A stretch of 39,315 nucleotides of DNA from Myxococcota bacterium (GTDB taxonomy: Bacteria > Myxococcota_A > Polyangia > Polyangiales > Sandaracinaceae). Of this stretch, positions 1-8,721 are shown in pieces (the stretch's first letter is position 1; every line of letters starts with the position of its first letter). A program made the translations under genes and the position numbers. The stretch lies in NCBI GenBank assembly GCA_036149055.1, contig JAYZQJ010000028.1, positions 1-39,315 on the forward strand. The letters are read 5' to 3'. The notes below the pieces were generated by a model. The model searched no databases, was not told where the DNA came from, and worked only from the letters and a program-made list of their open reading frames with translations.

Positions 1-724
1 TGGCCCTCGTCTCCGTCCGTCCCCGCTCGGACACGATGGACATCATGCGTGGCCGACCCTCGCCACCTCGCCGATGCCCATCACGTGACCCGCGCGCACC
101 TCCATCGAACGCCGTGCGCGGCAACACATCGCAGCCGCGGATCTCGACCGCTACGCGGGCATCCTGGGTCGGGTCGAGCAACTCGAGTCGTGCACTTGGA
201 CACCGAGTCACGCAGCGCCCCAGGCTCCTGACTTCCCGAAGCGCGTCGAGGGCCGATGGTGGACACTGCGCTCTCTGCGTCGAGCCACACGCGCTCGCGA
301 GGACGATGAACGATGAGGTCAACAACCGCGCCCACCCCGTCACGACTGTTGGCATCATCGTGGCGGGGTCTCCCACTACGGCAGCTCCTGGTTTCGCGAG
401 CCTCGGCAGCCCTCGGCGTCTGCCTGGCCTGGAGCCCCGAGCACGTTCGCCAGTCGGTCGTACCCGAGACGGCACGAACGGCTACTCCGTCGGCGGAGCT
501 CGATGCCGGCCGCCGCCTTCGGCGAGCCCTGCGGCCGCGACATCACCGGCGCGAATGAACGGCTGCCCTCGGACGGCGAAGTCCGGGTCACCAGGAGACC
601 CTGGTCTCGGACAACGGAGCGGGCGCCCGGTCCCCAGCGAGCATGCGCGCTCATAGAACTCCCAGATGGCTCCTCGGAGGAGGTGCTCGCCACGCGGATT
701 CGCCCAGAAGGCATGTAGACGCCA

Positions 725-825
725 GCTCCCGACGCGCTTGGATGGCCTGCTCCAGCTCGGGACCGCACGCGTCGTCGTCACCAGCGCGGCGAGGAGCGGG
801 CTTCGAGACGCGAGCTGGGAGATCA
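725..825 (-). repeat. Repeat D copy 1: frameshifted copy of the 5' end of lipoprotein ORF 1579-1875
   Basis: About 94% identical to 1773-1874 (5 substitutions, 1-nt indel). Start is TTG instead of ATG and the frame shifts just before the ACG lipobox. Confidence 0.9.
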
Positions 826-841
826 AAACCTTCTTGCCGGC

Positions 842-927
842 GACCCTGGTTCGGGTCTCGCTCCGCGCTGGTTCGGGTCTCGCTCCGCGACGCGGTGGGG
901 GACGGAATGCGCGAAGCGCGGCGGAGC
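842..927. repeat. Repeat C copy 1: REP-like hairpin trailer after the SMI1 gene, with a 22-bp tandem duplication (846-867/868-889)
   Basis: GACCCTGGTTCGGGTCTCG (842-860) is identical to 6865-6883. GACGGAA..GCGC.AAGCGCGG is also shared (901-921 vs 6982-7001). Confidence 0.8.
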
Positions 928-1413
928 TCAGTAGGGACACTCGGACAGTCCGGCGAGAAACTCGGGGAGATCGTTGGCAAGAAGCCAACGGCCAGCGTCT
1001 GGGGGTCCTTCTTCGTCATCAAACAGCCTATGTATGACCCGTCCCGCCTCATCGAGACAGAGCAAGGCGGAGTTGCCGTCGTCGACGGCGAACGGCACCA
1101 AGGCCGCATCCCGAGTAGGATAACCACAGAATGCAGCGGTCTCCTGGATGGCACGATATGCCGAACGCACGCTCTCATACAGCACGACACTGTCGTCTAC
1201 GCGCAAGAGCGCTCCTAACATGAACTCGTTCCCGAATATCTCTGAGTAGAAGTAGGACCGAGTGGGATAGCCACCTGCACATCTATGGAGCAAGCCCCGG
1301 AGCTCGACGGAGAATTCGATACCAAGCTCACGCTCGATCGCTGCCAAGTCGTCGTACGAAGCGCCCACCACTTCGAACCATTCGTTCCCGGCGTAGTTCG
1401 TGCCATCAGTCAC
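928..1413 (-). CDS. SMI1/KNR4 (SUKH superfamily) immunity protein
   Basis: 161 aa. 'ASYDDLAAIERELGIEFSVELRGLLHRCAGG' and 'LVPFAVDDGNSALLCLD' match SUKH motifs. GAGGAG SD before GTG. Lower GC than surroundings. Confidence 0.85.
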   Translation of the reverse strand: MTDGTNYAGNEWFEVVGASYDDLAAIERELGIEFSVELRGLLHRCAGGYPTRSYFYSEIFGNEFMLGALLRVDDSVVLYESVRSAYRAIQETAAFCGYPTRDAALVPFAVDDGNSALLCLDEAGRVIHRLFDDEEGPPDAGRWLLANDLPEFLAGLSECPY

Positions 1414-1578
1414 GGAGTCTCCTCGACAGACGCCTAGTGGATCCTAGCGTACTAGACATGGAAGACGCATACGAAGCGCACACACATGTCCTCGTGTAGC
1501 TCCTCGATGAGGGGCGCACGAACGCAACACATCCTGTGCGCCTCGCACCCTCAGGGCGTACTCATGAGAGCGACGACG

Positions 1579-1875
1579 CTACGGGCACTGACCCAATAGC
1601 GCGAGCGCCGCGCCGGGCGGCGGCGCGCCCTCCCGCAACGCGCGCTGGAGCGCGGTCCGCGCCTCATGTGGGACGTCCAGCTCGCGGAGGGTGAGCACGC
1701 CGCGTCGCTTCCGGTTGGGCCGGAAGCGCGCCACCAGCGGCGGCTGCAGGCGGGCGTCGAGCGCCAGGACCCGCTCCCGACGCGCTTGGATGGCCTGATC
1801 CAGCTCGGGACCGCACGCGGTCGTCGTCACCAGCGCGGCGAGGAGCAAATTTCGAGACGCGAGCTGGGAGATCAT
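1579..1875 (-). pseudogene. Short or truncated lipoprotein ORF (98 aa), contains repeat D copy 2
   Basis: MISQLASRNLLLAALVTTTA-C signal with lipobox-like Cys. The ORF ends about where lower-GC sequence begins. Confidence 0.5.
1773..1874 (-). repeat. Repeat D copy 2
   Basis: Direct repeat of 725-825. Confidence 0.9.
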
Positions 1876-1904
1876 GGCGGCGCGAGCCGGGGGCGAACAT
1901 TCCC

Positions 1905-2001
1905 TCGATCGCGACCACCGCGCTCGGCGAGCGGTGGTGCGGCGGCCGGCCGAGTGACACGGCCCGCCCCTCGAGCGAGGGGCGGGCCGTGTCGCGATCG
2001 A
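1905..2001. other. Branched palindromic element (terminator, REP or ncRNA candidate)
   Basis: Outer 11-bp stem 1905-1915/1991-2001, hairpin 1914-1938, and perfect 18-bp inverted repeat 1956-1993. Confidence 0.7.
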
Positions 2002-2012
2002 TGTCATCTCTT

Positions 2013-2840
2013 TCATGCCTCGAGCGGCGCCGGGTCGTCGGTGACGTCCGGGTCGTCGTCGCCCGGCATCGGCGGGACGGGGTCCTCCGGGTTGGGGGCG
2101 TCGGGGTCGTCCTCGACCCCCGGCGCCTCCGGCTCGTCGTCGCGGCCGCCGTTGGTGAGGCCGCGGCGGTGCCGGTCGAGGGGACCCATCGCGCGCTGGA
2201 ACGCGGCGACGCTCTCCTCGTCGTCGGTCTCGACCCAGCCGACCATCGCGCGGCCGTAGGCGGCGATGGCCTCCGCGAGGGCGCTGATCTGCGTGGCGAC
2301 CGCGCGGCTGTCGGGCGCGTCGATGACGGTGCCGCCCACGCCCAGCGCCTCGCCGAACGCCGCGTGCTGCGCGCGGATGAAGGGGAGGAAGGTCGGGCCG
2401 ACGAGCTCGTCGATCTCGGCCTCGAGCCCCTGCTCCGCGATGCGGTGGAGGAGGTTGTCGCTGGTGGTGTAGAGCTCGGTGAACTCACCGGTGACGAACT
2501 TGGTGCCCTGCGGGAGCAGGCGGACGCGGAGCGACGCGGCGCGGGCCTGCGTCTCGCCGCTGCTGATGCGGATCAGGCCGTCGAGGCGCATGCGCCCCCC
2601 GACGTAGCCGCCGCCGAGGCGCGAGGCGATGCCCCGCAAGGCCGAGCCGGACGGTCTGAGCCGGCCCCGGGTGACGGCCTGGAGCTTCACGACCTCGTCG
2701 CGCACGACCCCGAGCGACTTGCGGGGCCGGGGCGCGTCGATGCCCTCGGCGGCGGTGATGAGCTGCATGCCCAGCACGATGCCGTCGGCGGCGCTGAAGC
2801 GAGTGGGCGCGACGTAGAGAGAGAAGTCGGAGATCGACAT
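2013..2840 (-). CDS. Hypothetical alpha-helical protein with acidic Pro/Asp-rich C-terminal tail
   Basis: Start ATG 2840 with GAGG SD, strong GC3 codon bias, tail DDEPEAPGVEDDPDAPNPEDP. Confidence 0.8.
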   Translation of the reverse strand: MSISDFSLYVAPTRFSAADGIVLGMQLITAAEGIDAPRPRKSLGVVRDEVVKLQAVTRGRLRPSGSALRGIASRLGGGYVGGRMRLDGLIRISSGETQARAASLRVRLLPQGTKFVTGEFTELYTTSDNLLHRIAEQGLEAEIDELVGPTFLPFIRAQHAAFGEALGVGGTVIDAPDSRAVATQISALAEAIAAYGRAMVGWVETDDEESVAAFQRAMGPLDRHRRGLTNGGRDDEPEAPGVEDDPDAPNPEDPVPPMPGDDDPDVTDDPAPLEA

Positions 2841-2949
2841 GGCGTGGCCTCTTCCATCGGGGCGTCGCCCCCGGACCCGACCCCATGTCAGCCCCCCAAG
2901 CGACGCGATGCCCCCTCCATCGAGGCCTCCGCCGGCCGGTTTCCTGGCG

Positions 2950-3240
2950 ATCTTCAAAAAATCGCGCCCGCCCTGCGTTTTTTCGGCAAAGTCGCTGAAA
3001 AATTCGCGGAGACGCGCGTTTCAGCGCGGGAATCTCTGAAAAATCAGCGAGGCGAGGCGACCTCGCTCGAGAATCTCCGCAGATTCGCGCCGCAGGCCGA
3101 AACCCGGGCGCAGAATCCCAGAAAATCGGTGCGACTCTGCGTTCCAGCGGCTTCGAAGCTTCTCGAGTCGACGCGCGGCGCTGATTTTTTTCGGTTTCTC
3201 GTCCCGAAACGACGGCCATCGCGTTCTGAAATTCGATCGC
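2950..3240. repeat. Degenerate ~42-bp periodic A/T-tract array, non-coding
   Basis: AAAAAATCGCG (2956), AAAAATTCGCG (2998), AAAAATCAGCG (3039), AGATTCGCG (3081), AAAATCGGTG (3122), with intermediate tracts about 10-21 bp apart. Confidence 0.6.
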
Positions 3241-3392
3241 GCAGCTGGAACGGCCCCCGCCCGCGCTGCGGGTTCGGCGCGGGAGTGGGATCGACCGGCG
3301 CCGGCGAGAAAGTTGGGGCGCGGGCGCTGGATCGCTCCGCGGCTCGCGTACTCGCGACATGGTAGTCTCGTTGCGTGTCGTGGGCGCCACGT

Positions 3393-4658
3393 ATGACCGT
3401 CTCGAGTCCGACACGACGGCTCCTGCTCGCGTTCGCGCTGGCGGCGTGTGGCGCGCCAGATGGCCCTACGCTGGACTCACGAGGGCGGGCGACGCCCACC
3501 ACGGCGCGGCCCCGCACGGTCTTCGACACCGCCGGCTCCGGGCTGAGCCTGGTCGGCGTCGCGGACGGCGTCGCGGTGCTCTGGGAGACGGTCGAGGTGG
3601 ACCGCGCCCTCGGGGTGTGGAGGGACGACCTGATCGTCGTCGGGCTGGAGCGCGGCCTGATCCGTGCGCGCCGGGAGGGCGTCCCCTACCCGGCGAGCCG
3701 AGCTCCAGACACTCCGTCTTGCGCCACGAGGGGAGAGCCTCGCTGGGGGCGCGCGATGCCATCGAGCAGCCGGTGGTTGGGGTGCTACGGAGCGAGCTTC
3801 GAGGAGGACGTGCGGTATCGCGGGGGGCTGGCGGTCGAGACCCCGAACCGCGGAGCGCGAGCGCCGGACGCGTCGCGGCTCGATCTACTCGTCGAAGCCT
3901 CGGCGCAGCGGGACGCGGCGTTCACCGTTCGAGGCCCGAGACCGTCGGAGCCGGAGGAGGTCGACGCGACGCTGGTTCGCTGGCGCCGCGCCGACGACTC
4001 GCTCGACGCCTTCTCGCTCGAGCTGGACGGCTCGCCATTGCAGTTCCCGCGGGTCGTGGCGCGCGACGCGGACACGGTCGCGTTGCTGCCGCAGGGGCCG
4101 ACCAGCGGGTCCCTCTGGCTGGTCTCGCTCCTGGGCGACGACGCCGTGGAGCGGCGGCTCTGGGCGGACCCAGCGCTGAGCGAGACGGCGCTCGACGCGA
4201 GGTGGGCGATGGGGGCGCTGCTCTACCTCCACGGGAATAGCGAGCGCACGTGCCTCGAGCGGCACGCGGCGGGGCGTACCGACACGCTGCTCTGCGTGGA
4301 TGGGCTCTTCCCCGCCATCCGCGCGGTGGACGCGGACGGGTTCCTCCTGGCGAGCGCGGAGGGCGAGCACCGACGGTTCGATGGGTCGGGGCGAGAGCTG
4401 GAGCGGCTCCCGACCGAGCGCGGTCGGTTCCTCGACGTCTGGGGCGACGGGACGCTCGTCGTGGTCGACTCGTCCGGCGCGACGCTCACCTTCTGGAGAT
4501 CGCGCGCGAGCCAGCTCTCCATCGCTGTTGGCGCGGTGGTGCTTGGGGCGGAGGCGAGGGACGACGCGCTGTTCGTCCTCCGAGAACGGAGCCGGTCGGA
4601 CGGCTCCACGGTGCGAGAGCTGGTCGAGTACCCGCTCACGCTGGAGCTCCAGCCATGA
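3393..4658 (+). CDS. Hypothetical lipoprotein, possibly beta-propeller-like
   Basis: MTVSSPTRRLLLAFALAA-C lipobox, good codon bias. Confidence 0.7.
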   Translation: MTVSSPTRRLLLAFALAACGAPDGPTLDSRGRATPTTARPRTVFDTAGSGLSLVGVADGVAVLWETVEVDRALGVWRDDLIVVGLERGLIRARREGVPYPASRAPDTPSCATRGEPRWGRAMPSSSRWLGCYGASFEEDVRYRGGLAVETPNRGARAPDASRLDLLVEASAQRDAAFTVRGPRPSEPEEVDATLVRWRRADDSLDAFSLELDGSPLQFPRVVARDADTVALLPQGPTSGSLWLVSLLGDDAVERRLWADPALSETALDARWAMGALLYLHGNSERTCLERHAAGRTDTLLCVDGLFPAIRAVDADGFLLASAEGEHRRFDGSGRELERLPTERGRFLDVWGDGTLVVVDSSGATLTFWRSRASQLSIAVGAVVLGAEARDDALFVLRERSRSDGSTVRELVEYPLTLELQP

Positions 4659-4780
4659 CCCATGTCCATGGGATGGACAGCTACGATCGCGCAGACCTCC
4701 GCGTCGACCCGTCGAACGGGCTGCGCTATCGCTGGCTCGACGGCGAGGAGGCTCCGCCGAGGAGCGCCGGCCTGCCGCCG

Positions 4781-5896
4781 TCAGTCGAGGTCGTAGGCGC
4801 AGCGGAAGCCGCGGCGCCACGATCGGCCCTCGGAGACGTCGACCGGGTCGTGTCCCATCACGTTCGCGTACGAGAGGAGGCCCGCGGCCTCTTCGGGGTA
4901 GACGGCCGCCCCCTCGGCGTCGACCTCGTACACGCCCGAGGCGTAGCCGAGCGGACCGGCCTCCACGTCGTTCGGGCTGAACCAGCTCACGCCGGCGACC
5001 AGGTGCCGCGGCGCGCAGGACGAGATGTCGGGGCGTATCCAGGGAGCGGTGTCGACGGCCAGCGCCTCGGGGCATCCGGCCACCAGCTCGGACGCGTTCC
5101 CGAGCAGGTCGTCGACGCCCTCCGGAGTGACGCCCCGCGGCTCGGCGCCGACGCGGCGCGTGCCCGCCGAGTCGCGGGGCTCGATGAAGACTTCGGGGCC
5201 GAAGAGCCTTCGCCGCCAGTCGGGCAGCTCGTCTTCCGTGCCCCAGGGAAACCGACGCTCGCCCGGGAGCGGTCCGACCAGCGCGCGGAGCCACTCCACG
5301 TACGTCGGCAGCCGGCCCCCGCGCGCGGCGCAGAACGCCGCCGCGTCCTCGATGGACACGCAGAGGACCGGGTGGTCTCCATAGCCCGGGCTCAGAGCGC
5401 CGCCCTCCCACGCGGTCCGCATCGGGAAGGACCCGCCTCCTTCACACGGACCGCAGATGATCAGCTCCGAGCTCCCGTCACAGGTCGGCGCGAGCGCTCC
5501 CCCCGACGAGACGAAGGCCGCGTATTCGTCGTTGGTGACCTCGTGCCGGTCGAGGCCGAAGGCGTCGAGGTAGACGGGGCGCCGCGGCAGGGGCGCGCCG
5601 GCCCCGGTCCGATGGATGTGCTCCGGAGGCGCCGTGCTCCACTGCGGCATCGAGAACCAGCCCCGCTCGAGGCACGCTCGGGAGGCCGGCAGCGACACGT
5701 CGTCGCAAGCCGGTCCCGTGGGCTCGACCGCCGGCAAGCTCGCGTCCGGCGCCGTCCCGGCGTCCCTCGGGCCTCCGCCGTCGTCTCTCGAGCACTCGCA
5801 GCCCGCACCGGCGAGCGTCAGCGCCGCGACCAGCAGCGCATGTTGCAGGAGCGAGCGGCTATGGGGTGTCGTGCACACCGCAGCAGAGAATCGCAT
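4781..5896 (-). CDS. Formylglycine-generating enzyme (FGE-sulfatase/SUMF1) domain lipoprotein
   Basis: Motifs LDRHEVTNDEYAAFV, HPVLCVSIEDAAAFC, RLPTYVEW, DLLGNASE, GFRCA. Signal peptide LAGAGC. Confidence 0.85.
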   Translation of the reverse strand: MRFSAAVCTTPHSRSLLQHALLVAALTLAGAGCECSRDDGGGPRDAGTAPDASLPAVEPTGPACDDVSLPASRACLERGWFSMPQWSTAPPEHIHRTGAGAPLPRRPVYLDAFGLDRHEVTNDEYAAFVSSGGALAPTCDGSSELIICGPCEGGGSFPMRTAWEGGALSPGYGDHPVLCVSIEDAAAFCAARGGRLPTYVEWLRALVGPLPGERRFPWGTEDELPDWRRRLFGPEVFIEPRDSAGTRRVGAEPRGVTPEGVDDLLGNASELVAGCPEALAVDTAPWIRPDISSCAPRHLVAGVSWFSPNDVEAGPLGYASGVYEVDAEGAAVYPEEAAGLLSYANVMGHDPVDVSEGRSWRRGFRCAYDLD

Positions 5897-5916
5897 CGCG
5901 GCTCCGTTCCCGGTGC

Positions 5917-6025
5917 TCAGACTGGCCCGTCCCTGAAGGCGAACCTGCAGGGGTTGCTCTCCGTCTCCAGGTTCCGAGCGACTCGACACTCCCGCGCTCT
6001 GCGATCTCGGGGTAGGCACCGGCGG
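5917..6025 (-). repeat. Repeat B copy 1
   Basis: 5921-5984 matches 8181-8244 at 63/64 nt, with weaker similarity to about 6025/8283. Internal inverted repeat GAACCTG...CAGGTTC. Confidence 0.95.
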
Positions 6026-6552
6026 AGTTCGTCGCCTACACCATCGAACTCCACGGTCAGACGTTCCTCATCGGGCGCACGAGGGAGCGCTCCGCTGCTG
6101 GGCCTGTGCAGCCGTATCGACGGCGCCTCATCCCAGCCGCTCCAGGCAGGCAGGACCGCGACACCAGTCGCGGGATGCATGGCATACGACTCGCCGCACC
6201 ACACGTAGTCGAAAGCGTACGCGGCTCCCCGATCCCCGGGCATCGGGTCGCGCGAAGCCACCCCCTCGAAGTAGATGCGGTCCCGCCCCAAGCAGACCCG
6301 CCTGAAGAGCGGTGTCGGTACGGAGGAGGGACGCTCGACGACCTCGATGAACAGGCCTCGTTCACAGGGCTCGCGCGCGGCCGGCTCGCGCGGCGGTTGC
6401 CCGCCGCACGCGGACCCGAGCAGCGAGACGAGGGCGATGATGCAGGGAGGCGCGACTCCATGCAGGCTGACGAGACTCCGTGATCGCGCTCGATTCCGTC
6501 GAGGGGCGCTGTCTTCGGGGTCTTCTGAGGGTCCTTCGGTGGTGAGACTCAT
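5917..6552 (-). CDS. Hypothetical protein, possibly a lipoprotein. N-terminus encoded by repeat A, C-terminus by repeat B.
   Basis: MSLTTEG...IIALVSLLGSACGG...VARNLETESNPCRFAFRDGPV*. Confidence 0.5.
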   Translation of the reverse strand: MSLTTEGPSEDPEDSAPRRNRARSRSLVSLHGVAPPCIIALVSLLGSACGGQPPREPAAREPCERGLFIEVVERPSSVPTPLFRRVCLGRDRIYFEGVASRDPMPGDRGAAYAFDYVWCGESYAMHPATGVAVLPAWSGWDEAPSIRLHRPSSGALPRAPDEERLTVEFDGVGDELRRCLPRDRRARECRVARNLETESNPCRFAFRDGPV

Positions 6553-6611
6553 CGCTCTCGCCTGCACAGTGCCGCGCCGTCGCACCGTCGCATCCGGTGA
6601 GCCCTACATCC
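6531..6611 (-). repeat. Repeat A copy 1: leader plus start codon (MSLTTEG)
   Basis: Aligns with 8700-8772 and carries an extra 8-nt tandem duplication (TGCGACGG on the minus strand). Confidence 0.9.
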
Positions 6612-6862
6612 ACCCTGAGAGGCATCGCGAGGGTGCAGGCCTCAGAAAGAAGACGAGCCCCCGACCGACGACGGGAGCAGGAGCCATCACGAGCTCACCT
6701 GCCGAGTGCGTTGGGGCCCCGTGGCGGAGCCGGGGCTCGAAGGAAGATCGTGAACGTGCATCGATGCCGCGGCCTGGGATTTGGGGATGGGGAAGATCGT
6801 CCCCTTGCTCAGCTAGCGTCCGAGCACGGCGCCCCCTGCATCTACCGCCAACATGCTTGTCA

Positions 6863-7027
6863 GAGACCCTGGTTCGGGTCTCGTTCTCGCTTCGTCGCCG
6901 CGGGGGCGGCGCGGGGGGGCAAGGCGACGGAGTGCGGGGGGCAGTGCGAGGGAGTACCCGGGACGGAAGGCGCGGGAAGGAGACGGAAAGCGCAAGCGCG
7001 GGGACGGGAAGCGCACGCGGGCGGCAA
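6863..7027. repeat. Repeat C copy 2: REP-like hairpin GAGACCC-TGGTTC-GGGTCTC plus GACGGAA subrepeats
   Basis: 19-nt identity to 842-860. Directly downstream of the 7028-7429 stop codon. Confidence 0.8.
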
Positions 7028-7429
7028 TTAGGGGTCATACGTGCAGTAGTCGTCATACGTGCGAATCCCGAGCCGACGACTCCATTCCGTAACGTAGCGA
7101 CGAGACTCCGGTCCCATCAAATCCAGGTATCTTCGCCCTGCCCGGGTCGGAGACTCTGCCTCAGCAGATGAGATGAGTGCCTCCAGAAAGCCAGTAGAGA
7201 CGGCTGTCTTCTCATATTCATCTCCGTAAACAAGTAGGCCCTCCGCTTGGTCCATGATGTCGCGAAGCACCTCGACAGAAACCGACTGATCACGAGCAAG
7301 CTCCTGACCCAGGTCGCTTAGAGCAGATAGGAGCGGGGGCGAATCGGGCTGCCACTCATGCACCAGCGCGGTGTAGGCCCCCTCTAGCGAGGGAACCAGC
7401 CTCAGCATCGCCTGAACTATTGTGTGCAT
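7028..7429 (-). CDS. Small helical putative immunity protein (DUF7674-like)
   Basis: 133 aa, lower GC. The pattern 'EGLLVYGDEYEKTAVSTGFLEAL...LMGPESRRY' resembles orphan immunity-type proteins (recalled, not searched). Confidence 0.6.
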   Translation of the reverse strand: MHTIVQAMLRLVPSLEGAYTALVHEWQPDSPPLLSALSDLGQELARDQSVSVEVLRDIMDQAEGLLVYGDEYEKTAVSTGFLEALISSAEAESPTRAGRRYLDLMGPESRRYVTEWSRRLGIRTYDDYCTYDP

Positions 7430-7506
7430 CTAGTCAAGCTCAGTTCCGGAAAGTGCGGGTCGTGTCCGGACCGAATGTCGCGAATGATGACTCAGCACAG
7501 CGAGCA

Positions 7507-8094
7507 CTAGTTTCCGACCGGAACGCCTCCGAATCGGCCCTCCACGACGCCGTAGGGCGGGGCGTTGCCGTTGTAGACTCCCGAAGCCGCACCATCCCGA
7601 ACGGTGAACTGCGCGTAACACTGGCCCCCATCCATCACGAGCGATCCGGATGTCCAGGCCTCGTCACTCCGGCAGTAGAACGCGACCTCCAGCCGTCCCT
7701 CCACGAAGCGGTATGGGCGATAGTATCTGCGGTAGTTTCTCGAGACCACCTGCCAGCCGGAGTCCCGATGCGAGTCCTCGATGAAGCGGCAGATGGCGAG
7801 CTCGGCTGCCGCCAAGGATCCCACCACCGACTCGGGTGAAGCAGACGGTACTTCGCCGCTCACGATTCCCAAGGTGGGCCCCCAGACGAGCAGCCCGCCG
7901 CCTCGCTCACGGCCCCACTCACCCGGATGCCAGATGGCGTGACTCATCTCCGGGCAGGAGCTCTCGACGACGCCCGAGGATGGCGTCCCATCCATCGGTG
8001 AGGGCATGCATCCCGCTGCGCACGCGCAAGACATCCATGCGTACACCCAGGCTCGCCGACCGCGATGGCGCCTCCGGGTCAGCGAGGCCACCAC
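7507..8094 (-). CDS. Hypothetical exported or lipoprotein with a VxDGGxCY motif
   Basis: Cys-rich signal-like N-terminus (ACAAGC), C-terminal 'AFYC...VMDGGQCYAQF'. Start uncertain. Confidence 0.55.
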   Translation of the reverse strand: MVASLTRRRHRGRRAWVYAWMSCACAAGCMPSPMDGTPSSGVVESSCPEMSHAIWHPGEWGRERGGGLLVWGPTLGIVSGEVPSASPESVVGSLAAAELAICRFIEDSHRDSGWQVVSRNYRRYYRPYRFVEGRLEVAFYCRSDEAWTSGSLVMDGGQCYAQFTVRDGAASGVYNGNAPPYGVVEGRFGGVPVGN

Positions 8095-8176
8095 GCCACA
8101 CTTTTACTTTCCATCGTCCGCCCCCCATCCGGGTGTCACCTTCGGGCCGCGCACCCGATGTAGCACGAGCGCCGTT

Positions 8177-8283
8177 TCACACTGGCCCGCCCCTGAAGGC
8201 GAACCTGCAGGGGTTGCTCTCCGTCTCCAGGTTCCGAGCGACTCTCCCGCGGTCTTCGATCCCGGGGGGTAGGCACCGGAGGA
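8177..8283 (-). repeat. Repeat B copy 2
   Basis: Copy of 5917-6025. Still encodes RVARNLETESNPCRFAFRGGPV* but is disconnected from the upstream ORF. Confidence 0.95.
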
Positions 8284-8322
8284 AGCGCTCCGCTGCCGGG
8301 GGCCGCGGCGCCGTCGTCACGG

Positions 8323-8721
8323 CTAGACCCCGGTTACGATCTGGGCAACGACGATGAACCATTCGAACAGCGCGAGAGCGAGGATGCTCGCGACGATGGA
8401 GGCCGAGGCGCGAATGCGTCCCGGTCGATCTCGGCCACTGAGCGCGCCTCGGAGTGCTGCGCCGTAGGCCAGCAGAAGAATGCCCCAGTTCAGCCCGATG
8501 AAGGCAGGCGCGCCGCGCCGAAGAAGGTGCGCGTAGGACGAAGTCTCCAGGGCGCCATGGAACTCGAGGTATGGCTGAGCCCGCCGCAGCGCGTGAGCCG
8601 CCTGCTGAAAGTAACTGGACGCGAGCAAGAGGAGAAAGCCGCCGAGCGCGAAGACCAGCGAGACCGCGAGGGCGCGCTTCGTTCTGAGAGCGAGGGGGCG
8701 TCCTTCGGTGGTGTGGCTCAT
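8323..8721 (-). CDS. Hypothetical membrane protein (3 TM), N-terminus from repeat A
   Basis: Starts MSHTTEG, three hydrophobic segments. Confidence 0.6.
   Translation of the reverse strand: MSHTTEGRPLALRTKRALAVSLVFALGGFLLLLASSYFQQAAHALRRAQPYLEFHGALETSSYAHLLRRGAPAFIGLNWGILLLAYGAALRGALSGRDRPGRIRASASIVASILALALFEWFIVVAQIVTGV

Noticed and set aside
1..718. Short ORFs at the left edge (36-656, 313-558, 503-718)
   Set aside because: No recognisable motifs and inconsistent frames. They may be pseudogene debris, but no call can be supported.
5921..5984. Repeat B as a canonical integron attC site or glycine riboswitch
   Set aside because: AAC...GTT dyad symmetry is present, but the span is only about 32 bp and lacks RYYYAAC/GTTRRRY. 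The riboswitch resemblance (CTGAAGG) lacks the other conserved blocks.
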